64,000 nt of DNA, taken from sequence record MW879344.1. One strand, written 5' to 3'. The position numbers were made by a program, and so were the translations under genes. Positions within the stretch are counted from its first letter, which is position 1. The number at the start of each line of letters is the position of its first letter. The notes under the pieces were generated by a model, which was not told where the DNA came from, made no database searches, and worked only from the letters and a program-made list of their open reading frames with translations. This document shows, piece by piece, positions 1-10,226 of the stretch.

Positions 1-573
1 TATATCAAGAATACTGGTACAAAACATTTTAACACACTAAGTCCAAAAGATACCAGTCATGCAGGTGGTGCAAGTCCTCGTTCATGGACTCGTGTTTCTG
101 AAATTGAAACGGCTCGTAAACGTCTAGGCACTTCTTCACCAGTATATAAAGCTCTTGTAGCAGGTCGTGTTGGGAACGCAGCAGCAATTGACTATATCAC
201 GTATATTGAAAACATGGCTGATCTACCGGATGCAATGGATATTATGGACGGTACATTTACTGACTTCAGTAACTATGTAACTGACGTATCTAAGAACTAC
301 TTTATTGTACTAAATCTAGTGTATAAAATCATTGAATTCAATACTGCTAAAATTGAAGGTACTATTACTAAAGAACAATGGTGCACGTACTGTACTAACT
401 TCTTAACGTTTATTGATGATAATTTCTCTAAAACACAAGCAGAACTAATTGTACACGCAGTACGTACTTTCACAGATGCAAACGTTAATATCGCTTACTC
501 TGAAGTTCCAGTATTCAAAACCTTTGTTCAGAAATATGGTCCACTTCTTCGTAAAGTACGTACAATGAAATAA
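1..573 (+). CDS. MoxR-family AAA+ ATPase, C-terminal part (5'-truncated by window)
   Basis: Frame 1 is open from base 1 into the tracked 214..573 ORF. It contains SPRSW, the sensor-2-type motif of MoxR/AAA_5 ATPases, and lies directly upstream of a vWA gene. Confidence 0.7.
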   Translation, partial: YIKNTGTKHFNTLSPKDTSHAGGASPRSWTRVSEIETARKRLGTSSPVYKALVAGRVGNAAAIDYITYIENMADLPDAMDIMDGTFTDFSNYVTDVSKNYFIVLNLVYKIIEFNTAKIEGTITKEQWCTYCTNFLTFIDDNFSKTQAELIVHAVRTFTDANVNIAYSEVPVFKTFVQKYGPLLRKVRTMK

Positions 574-579
574 TACTTT

Positions 580-602
580 AGGGGCATATATTGCCCCTTT
601 TT
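580..602 (+). terminator. Intrinsic terminator
   Basis: AGGGGCA-tatat-TGCCCCT followed by a T-run. Confidence 0.7.
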
Positions 603-615
603 CTATGAGGTTTAT

Positions 616-1965
616 ATGAAAAAAGAAAAACATGTAGTATCTGATGCATATGCAGCAGAATGCTACGAACGAATTATTATTGCACGTACTGCGATGATTA
701 TGTCTTGTCCATTCTTTGGAATTTTAGCTGCAAGACTACAATTAGTACCTAATAATACATGGTGCCGTACTTTAGCAGTAGATGGTAAACACTTGTACTA
801 TAATGTTGAATTCATTATGGGAGTTGAAGACCCTGCTCGTCGTCAAGAGTATGAAGACAAACTTAAAGAATCTATTGATGGGATTACTGCTGAACAAATC
901 AACGATGCATTAAATGGATTAACACATCAAAATCTATTGGCTGCAATTTGTCATGAGATTCTACACTGTGCATATAACCACTTTTTAAGACGTGGTGCAC
1001 GTAATCCTAAAAAATGGAACCAAGCAGCAGACTACGCCATTAACCAAATCATAAATCGTGATAAAAAAATGGGTGAAATTAAGAAGTCGTGGTTATTCAA
1101 AGCTGAATACGATGGAATGACTGCTGAAGAAATCTATAATATCTTAGAAGAACAAGATGGAAACGGTGGTGGGGGTTCTGGTTCTGGTGGTGGGACTTTA
1201 GATCAACATGACATTCCACAACAAGGCGATGATCAATCAGATGATGGGGACAGTTCTGGTGATTCTGGAATACCAGGATATAGTACTGAAGAATTAGAAT
1301 CATTCATGGAAGAATTTAAAGATGCTATGCTAAGTGCGGCAATGGCTGAAGGTGCACCACAAGAAATTCGTGCAATGATCGATGAGTATAAAACTCCTAC
1401 TATTGATTGGCGTTCTAAACTAAATCGTACTATTCGTTCATTGATTAAAAATGATGTATCTTATATGATGCCATCTCGCCGTTCATGGAGTACGGGTTTT
1501 GGAAGTACTGGTTCATATTATGGTTCTCCAATTTATCCAGGTTTAAAACCAGATTTGGATATTGATATTTGTGTTGCATTAGATGCATCAGGTAGTATTA
1601 GTACTGAAATGCTAAAAGATTTCTTGTCTGAAGTAATGGGTATGACTAAACAGTTTAGTCAGTTCAAGATTCGAATATTGACATTTGATACTAATGTTTA
1701 TACAGTACGAGATTACGTTACTGGTGAAGAACGTAAGATTCTTGAATATCCAGTAACTGGTGGCGGTGGTACGTTATTCACTGCTGTTTGGGATCATATG
1801 AAGGAAGATGACTATTGTCCAAAACAATTAGTTATGTTCACTGATGGAGAACCTTGGGGTTCTTGGGGAGATCCTACATATTGTGATACTTTATTTATTA
1901 TTCACTCGAATCCAAAGATTGAAGCACCATTTGGTACTACAGTGCATTATGAATTAGAGAAGTAA
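616..1965 (+). CDS. Metallopeptidase-like (HExxH) + vWA domain protein (DUF2201-type), MoxR partner
   Basis: HEILH motif, Gly/Asp-rich linker, MIDAS motif LDASGSIS and FTDG; GAGG SD upstream. Confidence 0.8.
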   Translation: MKKEKHVVSDAYAAECYERIIIARTAMIMSCPFFGILAARLQLVPNNTWCRTLAVDGKHLYYNVEFIMGVEDPARRQEYEDKLKESIDGITAEQINDALNGLTHQNLLAAICHEILHCAYNHFLRRGARNPKKWNQAADYAINQIINRDKKMGEIKKSWLFKAEYDGMTAEEIYNILEEQDGNGGGGSGSGGGTLDQHDIPQQGDDQSDDGDSSGDSGIPGYSTEELESFMEEFKDAMLSAAMAEGAPQEIRAMIDEYKTPTIDWRSKLNRTIRSLIKNDVSYMMPSRRSWSTGFGSTGSYYGSPIYPGLKPDLDIDICVALDASGSISTEMLKDFLSEVMGMTKQFSQFKIRILTFDTNVYTVRDYVTGEERKILEYPVTGGGGTLFTAVWDHMKEDDYCPKQLVMFTDGEPWGSWGDPTYCDTLFIIHSNPKIEAPFGTTVHYELEK

Positions 1966-2008
1966 CAATACTAAATAAAAGGTCGCTAGGATGGCGACCT
2001 CAATCTTT

Positions 2009-2037
2009 TGAAACAGGCCACATTTTTGTGGTATAAT
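2009..2037 (+). promoter_or_regulatory. TG(G/A)AAC-N17-TATAAT promoter with extended -10
   Basis: TGAAAC 2009-2014, 17-nt spacer, TGg-TATAAT 2032-2037; one of five copies with identical spacing. Confidence 0.7.
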
Positions 2038-2071
2038 ATAGATAATTAAAAAATACATGGAGTGTATAATT

Positions 2072-2305
2072 ATGAGTAAAGAAGTTGATATTCAAGATCT
2101 AGACGAAGTTGTTGCTGGTCCACAATTGGAATTCATTGATATTATCAATGCTACTAAAATTATGGAAGCTGCGATTGAGCGTAAAGCATTTTCAATCAAA
2201 GAACTAGGTGAAGTTGCTCCTATTGTTTCTCGTTTCCAAGAATTCTCTCAAGCAATCATTGCAGAACAAGAAGCAAAAGATGCTAATACTGAGGGAGATG
2301 CATAA
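2072..2305 (+). CDS. Hypothetical acidic protein
   Basis: ORF track 2057..2305; GGAG at 2059-2062 favours the ATG at 2072. Confidence 0.7.
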   Translation: MSKEVDIQDLDEVVAGPQLEFIDIINATKIMEAAIERKAFSIKELGEVAPIVSRFQEFSQAIIAEQEAKDANTEGDA

Positions 2306-2952
2306 TGAGTATTATTCGTCACTGCGGCGTAGTTCGCAGCACTGGTTCTCGCGTGTTCGTTGTATGGCGTCAGCTTGAGAACGATCCACAGCATTGTTTA
2401 GTAGTTTATCGTGATTCACTTCCTGAAGCTTATGTGAATAAGGTTACAGATTTAGTACTCAATCAAGGACAGAGCAGCATTGATTTGTGGAATGTTATTG
2501 ATAAAATTGGTATGCTTGAAGGTACTAATATGTTAACACTTCTACATAAAATGGGTTATATCCGTAAGCAAAATACCCAAGACATTGATATGCATGTTGG
2601 TGGGAATAACAAAATTCCTCTTAATGTACTCAATAATGAAATTGATTCCGCACCAGAAATGGTATCAGGTACAGTGAAAGATTTCAATCCATTTGACCGT
2701 ACAGAAGTGCAATATCCAGAACAAAATACAGTAGTTACTCATCTACTTGATGATGCTCGTAAGTATGAACAACTTTCACGTGAAAGTTTTGAACGTGCTT
2801 ATAACTTAGATCCAAGTCTTCGCCCACAAGCAACTGTTGGTGAATCTCAAGATGATGGTTTTATTCACCTACGTATTGATCCTTCAATGTCTCAAACTAA
2901 AGCAATTGAATTAGTTAAAAAGACATTAAAGGAACATAAAGATGCAGAATAA
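2305..2952 (+). CDS. Hypothetical phage protein
   Basis: 215-aa ORF coupled to the previous gene (TAATG overlap, GAGGGAG SD). Confidence 0.75.
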   Translation: MSIIRHCGVVRSTGSRVFVVWRQLENDPQHCLVVYRDSLPEAYVNKVTDLVLNQGQSSIDLWNVIDKIGMLEGTNMLTLLHKMGYIRKQNTQDIDMHVGGNNKIPLNVLNNEIDSAPEMVSGTVKDFNPFDRTEVQYPEQNTVVTHLLDDARKYEQLSRESFERAYNLDPSLRPQATVGESQDDGFIHLRIDPSMSQTKAIELVKKTLKEHKDAE

Positions 2953-3250
2953 AATCACTAGGGAAGATATAATCAATTTGATTATTGCGGAACGCTTATC
3001 ACAAATGGGCAATCCTAATACCTTAGCTGATCATCTTAAAACGAAGAATGATTGGACTGGTTTAGCAGGTTACTACTTGTTTGAAAGTGCATCTAGACCA
3101 GATAAACATGTTTCTTTTGACGAATTTCGATTATCATTAATTAAAGCAGCAGCAGTTATTCTTGCTGCTTTAGAAACAAGTTTTTCTCTAGATGACGATA
3201 ATATAAAAGATTTATTATCCAAATTGGAAGATAAAAATGACTCTAACTGA
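2942..3250 (+). CDS. Hypothetical protein
   Basis: 102-aa ORF overlapping its neighbours; AAGGA SD. Confidence 0.7.
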   Translation: MQNKITREDIINLIIAERLSQMGNPNTLADHLKTKNDWTGLAGYYLFESASRPDKHVSFDEFRLSLIKAAAVILAALETSFSLDDDNIKDLLSKLEDKNDSN

Positions 3251-3824
3251 AATATCTAATATGATGGATCAGTTCGAAAATGTATGTTTCAGTGGCGGGG
3301 CAGCGGGTGCTGACCGCCTTTTTGGTTTGTGGGCTGCACAAAATGGACATGAAGAAGTCCATTTTTCATTTAAGGGTCACAAAGCACATGTTCCACCTGA
3401 AACTGTTTTAGAACTCCCACTCGATTTATTAACAAGTACTGAAATTATACAAAAATTAAAAGTTGCTAACAAGTCTCTTGGAAGAAGTGTTCCTAGATTT
3501 GGATACGTTTATAATCTACTTGCTCGTAATAGTATGCAAGTATATAGTACTGAACGTGTGTATACAATGGGAATTTTAATTTCTCCTACACAACTTGATG
3601 GTGGTACTGCTTGGGCTGTACAAATGTACTTAGATCAAGAATCTGAGACAAAAGAAATTTATCATTACGACATTGTTGATAAAAAGATATATTCGTATAA
3701 TAATGTATTAAAACAATTCGTAGAAGTACAAACTGTACCAACACCACATGGAAAATGGACAGGTATTGGGACACGCCGAGCTACACAAGAAGATTTAGAA
3801 GCATTTGCTTCAAAATTTGAGTAA
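3237..3824 (+). CDS. SLOG-superfamily (circularly permuted YpsA-like) nucleotide-binding protein
   Basis: N-terminal FSGGAAGAD and C-terminal WTGIGTR motifs. Confidence 0.55.
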   Translation: MTLTEISNMMDQFENVCFSGGAAGADRLFGLWAAQNGHEEVHFSFKGHKAHVPPETVLELPLDLLTSTEIIQKLKVANKSLGRSVPRFGYVYNLLARNSMQVYSTERVYTMGILISPTQLDGGTAWAVQMYLDQESETKEIYHYDIVDKKIYSYNNVLKQFVEVQTVPTPHGKWTGIGTRRATQEDLEAFASKFE

Positions 3825-3830
3825 TTAAAT

Positions 3831-4178
3831 ATGACAGATGATGAATTAGAAAGTTTTCGAATTGATACCTATAATGAAGGGTATGAAGAAGGAAAAGAAT
3901 ATGGCTATGAATGTGGGATGGATGATGGTGATGCAGCAGGGGCAGAACGCATTCGAAAAGAATTAGAATATGAACATGAAAAAGCCCTAGAGCGTTCCTA
4001 CAAAGATGGATTCAATGAAGCTGAAGATAAGTATGATAGAGAAATTTCTTATCTTCGTTCTAATTCTGAACAAGCAATTAATTCGTTGAATTCCAAAATT
4101 AAGGATTTGAAACGAATGTTATACAATCTAAGGAAGGAAAATGCAACAATTACTAGATCTATACAAAAAAGTACTTGA
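3831..4178 (+). CDS. Hypothetical coiled-coil protein with GxxxG (EGYEEG-type) repeats
   Basis: Repeats YNEGYEEGKEYGYECG and YKDGFNE followed by a heptad-like C-terminus. Confidence 0.6.
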   Translation: MTDDELESFRIDTYNEGYEEGKEYGYECGMDDGDAAGAERIRKELEYEHEKALERSYKDGFNEAEDKYDREISYLRSNSEQAINSLNSKIKDLKRMLYNLRKENATITRSIQKST

Positions 4179-5070
4179 ATTTGGTGAACTTAGTACTGAC
4201 CGTACTGGTGTAGGTACATTAAAATTGGTTGGACAAACCATGAGATTTAATCTACAAGAAGGTTATCCAGCACCAACAACTAAACGTCTTGCTTGGAATG
4301 CAATGTCATCCGAATTGATTTGGTTTCTTGAAGGGTCACATGATGAACGAAGATTATGTGAAATTTTGCATGGTACTCGCGATCCTTCTAAGAAAACTAT
4401 TTGGACGGCAAATTATGAAAATCAAGGTATTTCATTAGGATACACTGATGGGAATCTTGGTCCAGTATATGGTAAACAATGGCGGTTTTGGAAAGATACA
4501 GTACTTTCTAGTGATCCGTATGAAATTGAGAAATATAAACAAAATGGGTATAATGTAGTTGATAGTACTTTCTTCCACGGTGTTATTATGGAACGAAATA
4601 CTGACCAGATTGCGGTACTTATTGATGGATTGAAAAATAATCCAGATTCTCGTCGCCACATATTGACTGCATGGAATGTTGGTGAATTGGATAAAATGGC
4701 ACTTCCTCCATGCCACTGTTTCTCACAATTCTTTGTTAATAATGGAAAACTATCATGTATTCTTTATCAACGAAGCTGTGATCTATTTTTGGGTGTACCA
4801 TTCAACATCGCATCATATTCACTACTAACACATATGTTAGCACAAGTATGTGGATTGGAAGTGGGTGAATTTGTTTGGATGGGCGGGGATGTTCATATCT
4901 ATCAAAATCATGTAGAACAAGTTAAAGAACAGCTAAAACGTGAACCACGTGAAATGCCTAAATTGTGGATGGATACTAGTATTACCAAAATTGAAGATTT
5001 CAAAATGGATTCTTTCAGATTGGAAGGTTATAATCCAGATGGTGTAATTAAAGCACCAATGGCGGTATAA
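4141..5070 (+). CDS. td: Thymidylate synthase (ThyA, T4 td-like), intronless
   Basis: DRTGVGT, catalytic PPCH, YQRSCD and GVPFN (Asn = dUMP specificity); T4-like ANYENQ...LGY segment plus an extra insert. Confidence 0.95.
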   Translation: MQQLLDLYKKVLEFGELSTDRTGVGTLKLVGQTMRFNLQEGYPAPTTKRLAWNAMSSELIWFLEGSHDERRLCEILHGTRDPSKKTIWTANYENQGISLGYTDGNLGPVYGKQWRFWKDTVLSSDPYEIEKYKQNGYNVVDSTFFHGVIMERNTDQIAVLIDGLKNNPDSRRHILTAWNVGELDKMALPPCHCFSQFFVNNGKLSCILYQRSCDLFLGVPFNIASYSLLTHMLAQVCGLEVGEFVWMGGDVHIYQNHVEQVKEQLKREPREMPKLWMDTSITKIEDFKMDSFRLEGYNPDGVIKAPMAV

Positions 5071-5071
5071 T

Positions 5072-5362
5072 ATGTATATAAGTGTGGTTACAGGTAAAAA
5101 ACAAGATGACGATTTAGTAAAATGCACAGTGGCTATTTTGAAATTTAAAAATATGGATGAAGTTACTAAACATTGTACTGAATTGTTAAACAATCCTGAT
5201 ACTGCATACATTCATACTCAAACTAGCACTTATAATAATTATATAAATGCTGAAGTAAAAACTATGAATGACCATGCTGCTGGAGTATATGAACAAATAC
5301 GATACACAAAAGATAAACAGTATATTAACAATAGTATATGTTGTAAAACTATTGTATTATAA
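5072..5362 (+). CDS. Hypothetical protein
   Basis: 96-aa ORF starting 1 nt after the thyA stop and ending at a terminator. Confidence 0.6.
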   Translation: MYISVVTGKKQDDDLVKCTVAILKFKNMDEVTKHCTELLNNPDTAYIHTQTSTYNNYINAEVKTMNDHAAGVYEQIRYTKDKQYINNSICCKTIVL

Positions 5363-5365
5363 AAT

Positions 5366-5392
5366 AAAAAGGAGCCTATGGCTCCTTTTTTT
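5366..5392. terminator. Bidirectional terminator between convergent blocks
   Basis: AAAAAGGAGCC-tat-GGCTCCTTTTTTT. Confidence 0.85.
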
Positions 5393-5393
5393 G

Positions 5394-7340
5394 TTATTGA
5401 TATTGTACAATTACCCGACCATTAAATCGTAAATCTGGCGATGCAGGTACTGATAGTACTGCGTTGGTAGGTGAAATAACCACACTATCAACTTCAACAG
5501 GACTATAATTCACCCCACTTAATTCTTGCACAGAAACTTGTTGTATATTGGCATTAGTAATAGTAAATGTATAGTAAGAACCATTTAATACCCAATTAGC
5601 TGTAGTAAATGTTGTAATAACTCCACCACCGGAACCAACAGTCGTCCATGTTCCATTTGATTTTTGGATTACAGTATTGCGTTGAGTACTGTAAGCAATC
5701 ATCCCATCTTCACCTTTAGAATCATCAATTGGATTCATAACAGGTAATGCAAAACCATTTCTTGTCATTTTAGCAACAACTTGTGGTGATGCACCATTAT
5801 ATAATATGAAATTATAATTACCAGTACTTCCAGTTTGACTAAATGTTAAACCATTGGTTTCATCTATGGTTGTTGGTGAATTCGCTGAATTAAATCTAAT
5901 AGTTGAACCAGTGAATATTAGTAAATTCGCTGAATTTTGTAGATATGCATCAGCAGCAAATGTTGAAATTCCATTAAATCTACTTTGAGAATTGACAACA
6001 ACTTTATCACCAGATGCAGAGGCATCGTTACCTAATGTAGTATTTCCATTAACGGTATGATTTCCAGTAACTACTACGTTACCATTAAAAGTACTTAAAC
6101 CCTGTGATAGACTTACATTAACTGCACTATTTGATACAAAATCTATTTTATTTCCAGTTACATTTATACCTAATGCAGTATTACCAGTAGCAGAAAATAG
6201 AATATTTGGTGCAGCAGCAGTACCAGTACTTGGATATAAAATTAATTGTGTAGGTGAAACCCGTAATCTTTCAACACCACTTGCAGAGAAACCAATACTT
6301 CCGGTAGCTGGTCTAAAGATACCAGTACTTGTCTCTGACCATTTAGTAGGATCATTTCCTGGATTCGTGGTAGGGTTAAATGGGTTGCTGTTAAACGCAA
6401 TAGCAGGGGCAGCAGCGGTTCCATAAACAACACCTAAGCGACCATCACCTATTCCTCCATCGTCGTACATGGAGTCTCCTGTGCGGCGTAGACCGTCTTG
6501 CACAAGGTTATCTATAATAGTTTGTACTGTACCAGCACTTGAAGAAAATGCTCTACCTGAAGTAGTTGCATATGTTCTATCGAATGAAACTGCACCAGCA
6601 CTTATACTAACACGACTTTGACGTAAACGTGTTTGTTTGGAACCATCTGAAATAATCCAATCACCATCCGTCAACGCTAATTCAGAAGACTTATCTACAT
6701 CAGTAGTAAATGCGGCTGTTAACGTTGTGTCAGTAGATAATGATGTTAAACCTTCATGACCAGTACTTGGAATACTTGCTGTAATTATTCTTCCAAAAGC
6801 GGCAATAACAACTTTACCAGTACTTGGGTTCATTGGATCGGTATCAACATAGTACTTAATTTGAATCCAATTTCCTTGTCCACTTGGATTAGTAGGTATA
6901 AAGGTAACAGTTGGAGTTGTTGGGTTATTTGCTTTAAAGTGTGCCTGTGCTGCATCATATAGGCCACGCACAATATAGTACTGTCCTGAATTAGCTGCAA
7001 TGGGTGCAGGAAGTTTATCATATTGTCCACCCAATGGTGGATCAATGTCATCAGTTAATGGTGAATATGTACCAATATACTGCATACCACTTGTTACTGA
7101 ATCTGGTAATTGGGATGTAAGTAATTGTCCATTTTCATCTAAATTTGCGAAACGACGATAACTCACTGAGCCATCAGTAAACTCTAGAACACCTTCAAAT
7201 GATTTCCATTCTGAGTTATATCGAATCATACCTGCTCTTTCAGCAGATGTTGTTTGTTTTGTTGGTGCTTTAGGTAGTTCTAAAAAGTATTGACTTTCAA
7301 TTATAACACCCTCTGCACCTTTAATTCTAGTAGCACTCAT
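5394..7340 (-). CDS. Putative tail fibre / virion appendage protein
   Basis: 648 aa, Thr/Gly/Ser-rich; GMIRYN and GMIAYS...W modules typical of fibres; TAAATA at 7372-7377 upstream. Confidence 0.65.
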   Translation of the reverse strand: MSATRIKGAEGVIIESQYFLELPKAPTKQTTSAERAGMIRYNSEWKSFEGVLEFTDGSVSYRRFANLDENGQLLTSQLPDSVTSGMQYIGTYSPLTDDIDPPLGGQYDKLPAPIAANSGQYYIVRGLYDAAQAHFKANNPTTPTVTFIPTNPSGQGNWIQIKYYVDTDPMNPSTGKVVIAAFGRIITASIPSTGHEGLTSLSTDTTLTAAFTTDVDKSSELALTDGDWIISDGSKQTRLRQSRVSISAGAVSFDRTYATTSGRAFSSSAGTVQTIIDNLVQDGLRRTGDSMYDDGGIGDGRLGVVYGTAAAPAIAFNSNPFNPTTNPGNDPTKWSETSTGIFRPATGSIGFSASGVERLRVSPTQLILYPSTGTAAAPNILFSATGNTALGINVTGNKIDFVSNSAVNVSLSQGLSTFNGNVVVTGNHTVNGNTTLGNDASASGDKVVVNSQSRFNGISTFAADAYLQNSANLLIFTGSTIRFNSANSPTTIDETNGLTFSQTGSTGNYNFILYNGASPQVVAKMTRNGFALPVMNPIDDSKGEDGMIAYSTQRNTVIQKSNGTWTTVGSGGGVITTFTTANWVLNGSYYTFTITNANIQQVSVQELSGVNYSPVEVDSVVISPTNAVLSVPASPDLRFNGRVIVQYQ

Positions 7341-7407
7341 TTAATTTCCTCAGATAATGGGTTATATTCTGTATTTATCCAGTACTCCAAAAATAAAAGC
7401 TATCTTA

Positions 7408-7911
7408 TTAATCAGAAGTGTAGAAAATTCTAACGATTGGACATAGTGTAGAATTTGTAACACTACAATTGTAATGAGTATTTTGAATATACACTTTATT
7501 TGGATTTGGACTCATTGATACAAACATATCATATCCTGACGTTACACCTACTGTAGTTGAAACATCCACACTATTATTTGTAGTACTATCAGTGTATACG
7601 TAACATCCCAATGGTATAAATGAAACAATGTTTACATTAGTTTCGTTGGTAAAAATATCTTTCATTCTCATAAGCATACCTGCATTATTCGAACGAATTG
7701 TCAAATCATGATTATCTTGTTGGAAAACATGAAGTACTTTAACATCTTTTGATTTTAATATTAATGATGGTGGTGAATACAATCCATTATCATGATTTGA
7801 AATTGAGTTTCCAGAATCAGGAGAAATAATCACTGGCGGTAAATTTCCGATAAGTGAACCAGTGAATTCTACATCCCCATCAATTTTTATATCAGTTTTT
7901 ATATTATACAT
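7408..7911 (-). CDS. Small fibre/RBP-like protein with MYNIKTD N-terminal module
   Basis: N-terminus identical to that of the next gene; GGAG SD; ISPDSGNSISNHDNGLY fibre-type repeat. Confidence 0.6.
   Translation of the reverse strand: MYNIKTDIKIDGDVEFTGSLIGNLPPVIISPDSGNSISNHDNGLYSPPSLILKSKDVKVLHVFQQDNHDLTIRSNNAGMLMRMKDIFTNETNVNIVSFIPLGCYVYTDSTTNNSVDVSTTVGVTSGYDMFVSMSPNPNKVYIQNTHYNCSVTNSTLCPIVRIFYTSD
7865..7911. repeat. 47-bp exact direct repeat, copy 1 (copy 2 at 8430-8476)
   Basis: AATTCTACATCCCCATCAATTTTTATATCAGTTTTTATATTATACAT occurs at both sites and encodes MYNIKTDIKIDGDVEF on the - strand. Confidence 0.95.
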
Positions 7912-7924
7912 AATTTACTCCGTT

Positions 7925-8476
7925 TTAATTTGATGTTGTTATAAAATAATCAATAGCATATGAAACATCCCAACCATTAGATCTTGAATAATATGTATTT
8001 GAATCAACGTTAAACAATTTAGTAGCTATTCCTTGGATAAAAATAATAGAAACTAACGTACTACAAAATATACCATTAATAATAGCAGTATTTTCATATG
8101 TAGTAATATTATATGGTAAAAAATTATTATTATTATCACATGGAATCATACTTAAATAGGCATTTAAAACTTGCATTTTGTTAGTAGATGATGGGTATGT
8201 GCCAACTCCACCAAAATAGTCATCCCCGATGGTTATTTTAAAAATTTCATTAGAACCTTGAATAATATGTGCTCTAGGTGATGATATATTCGATGATTCA
8301 TTTGTTGGTAAATTTACCGCGAATGTCTTTAATGTAGTTGTTAATTCATTATTAGAATTCATGGATATTAAATTATTACCTGTTTTAGAAACTTTAGCAC
8401 CTGGTATATTGCCAATCAATTCTCCAGTAAATTCTACATCCCCATCAATTTTTATATCAGTTTTTATATTATACAT
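7925..8476 (-). CDS. Small fibre/RBP-like protein with MYNIKTD N-terminal module
   Basis: Track start 8506; a GAGGA SD and identity with the 7911 N-terminus support 8476. Confidence 0.6.
   Translation of the reverse strand: MYNIKTDIKIDGDVEFTGELIGNIPGAKVSKTGNNLISMNSNNELTTTLKTFAVNLPTNESSNISSPRAHIIQGSNEIFKITIGDDYFGGVGTYPSSTNKMQVLNAYLSMIPCDNNNNFLPYNITTYENTAIINGIFCSTLVSIIFIQGIATKLFNVDSNTYYSRSNGWDVSYAIDYFITTSN
8430..8476. repeat. 47-bp exact direct repeat, copy 2
   Basis: Identical to 7865-7911. Confidence 0.95.
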
Positions 8477-8491
8477 TGTGTATATCCTCAT

Positions 8492-8523
8492 AAAAGAAAA
8501 GGCCAATAATGAATATTGACCTT
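8492..8523 (-). terminator. Terminator-like hairpin directly downstream of a TAAATA element
   Basis: - strand AAGGTCAATA-ttcat-TATTGGCCTT-ttctttt; the stem closes with a G-U pair only on the - strand. Confidence 0.6.
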
Positions 8524-8542
8524 GTATTTAATTGAAATTTGA

Positions 8543-10210
8543 TTACGCAAAGGCATTATTAACTGTTGTACCAACGAGTAAAGCTACTGTAATATTTGCT
8601 TGATTAGGCACTCCACCACCAACTGGATATGGTGAATCAGTAACAACATCAAATCCTAAAGCGGGAGTTCCGTGGATAAAGGTAGTGATAGTAACAGTAA
8701 TAGTACTAGCAGTAGTGTTAGTAATTTGACCTGATACCGTTGTTGGTATTGGGTTTCCAGCAGAATCTAGATAATACTGTTGTAATTGGGTTTGTAATGA
8801 ACTATATAAACCAACATTATTATATCTTGTAACACCTGTTGGGTTTGTCATTGATATAGTTGTTTTAATTTTCATGCTTCCATTTGGATAAACCGTTGCT
8901 GAACTGAATAATGCTCCACTTGATGCAATTGCAAATTTAGGAATAACAGCATGATTTCCTGCAACATATAATCCTTTATTCGCTGTTGGGCTTAATTTAA
9001 GAATATTATATTGTTCAGTACTTAAATTGACACGAATATCGGTGTTTTTTGGGTTGCTATTATTTTGTGAACGGTATATACTGTCATCTGGCAGTAATTG
9101 AATGCTAACTGGACGAACAAATAAACCAGGATTATCACCAACGATTAAGTTTGTTAATTGGTTTTGGTCATCAGCACTAACAACAACATCACTTACTGGA
9201 GCAGGTGCTACATATAAACCATTATCATGTTTTACTAATGCATTATTAGCATCAGTTGATATGAGTACGGGAGAATCTAAAGTTAATACTTCTTTCCAGT
9301 TCCATGTTTTCTCATCAGTTGGCTGATTGTTTTCGACATTCAAGAATAGTCTACCATCTGTATCGGATGCTAAAGAAAATCCAGAATATGAACCAATTAC
9401 TTGATTCTTATAACCTGATTGGAACCATATTACCGTTCCGTCTTTTTGACTTGGTAATGATGCTGGCATACCAATACCAGAACTTTTATATCCATATACA
9501 GATGAACCACCGTAACCAATACTAATATCATTAGTTAAAACGCCTCCAGTTTGTACGAAAATATTAGACAAATACTCAGTACTGTTAACAGTTTCCCAAC
9601 TAGTAGGCATTGCATTTAATGTACCAGTTCTAGTCTTAATTTGATTTTTAATGCTAGAACCATATTGGTCAGAACCATAACCAGTTTGTACAACATATGT
9701 GGTTCCATTGGTTGAGTACTGCACTACTTTTAGAATTACATCACTAGTTGATGCGAATGGTGCATGATATTGATATTTTTCAGTACTAGTTGTAAGTCCA
9801 ACAACAGAATATGTTCCAGTACTTGTTAATGTATCATAATCTGTTTTTTCTGTAATGAAAATCATTTCAGAATCTGATGAGGCATATAGGCCACCATCTG
9901 AGTTTATAATTAGTTTATTGTTTGGTTCTTCACTAAGTTTAGCGGAAAGTGTTACACTATATCCAGTTCCTTCTTGTGCAGATAATCCTTCTCCGGCCAT
10001 AACGGATGATGATGGAGGAATAACTTTAAGTTCACCTTCAATTAAAAATAAACCATTTTCACCTTCGGCTATGTTAATTTTTAATGGATCTTCAACAGTC
10101 CCAGTTCCTGCGATTCCATCAGTCGTGTTTGTTGGGGGAAATTTCCCAAATAACTCACCACTGTATGTTACATTACCTATAACATTTATATCTGTTAATA
10201 TATTGTACAT
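8543..10210 (-). CDS. Tail fibre / RBP-like protein
   Basis: MYNILTDINVIGNVTYSG N-terminus; repeated S.D..N.L.....GLYV fibre segments. Confidence 0.65.
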   Translation of the reverse strand: MYNILTDINVIGNVTYSGELFGKFPPTNTTDGIAGTGTVEDPLKINIAEGENGLFLIEGELKVIPPSSSVMAGEGLSAQEGTGYSVTLSAKLSEEPNNKLIINSDGGLYASSDSEMIFITEKTDYDTLTSTGTYSVVGLTTSTEKYQYHAPFASTSDVILKVVQYSTNGTTYVVQTGYGSDQYGSSIKNQIKTRTGTLNAMPTSWETVNSTEYLSNIFVQTGGVLTNDISIGYGGSSVYGYKSSGIGMPASLPSQKDGTVIWFQSGYKNQVIGSYSGFSLASDTDGRLFLNVENNQPTDEKTWNWKEVLTLDSPVLISTDANNALVKHDNGLYVAPAPVSDVVVSADDQNQLTNLIVGDNPGLFVRPVSIQLLPDDSIYRSQNNSNPKNTDIRVNLSTEQYNILKLSPTANKGLYVAGNHAVIPKFAIASSGALFSSATVYPNGSMKIKTTISMTNPTGVTRYNNVGLYSSLQTQLQQYYLDSAGNPIPTTVSGQITNTTASTITVTITTFIHGTPALGFDVVTDSPYPVGGGVPNQANITVALLVGTTVNNAFA

Positions 10211-10226
10211 CTGTTATTATCCTCAT

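Noticed and set aside
4770-4810. T4 td intron insertion-site equivalent in thyA
   Set aside because: The ORF is continuous (TTTTTGGGT/GTACCATTC); no intron is present.
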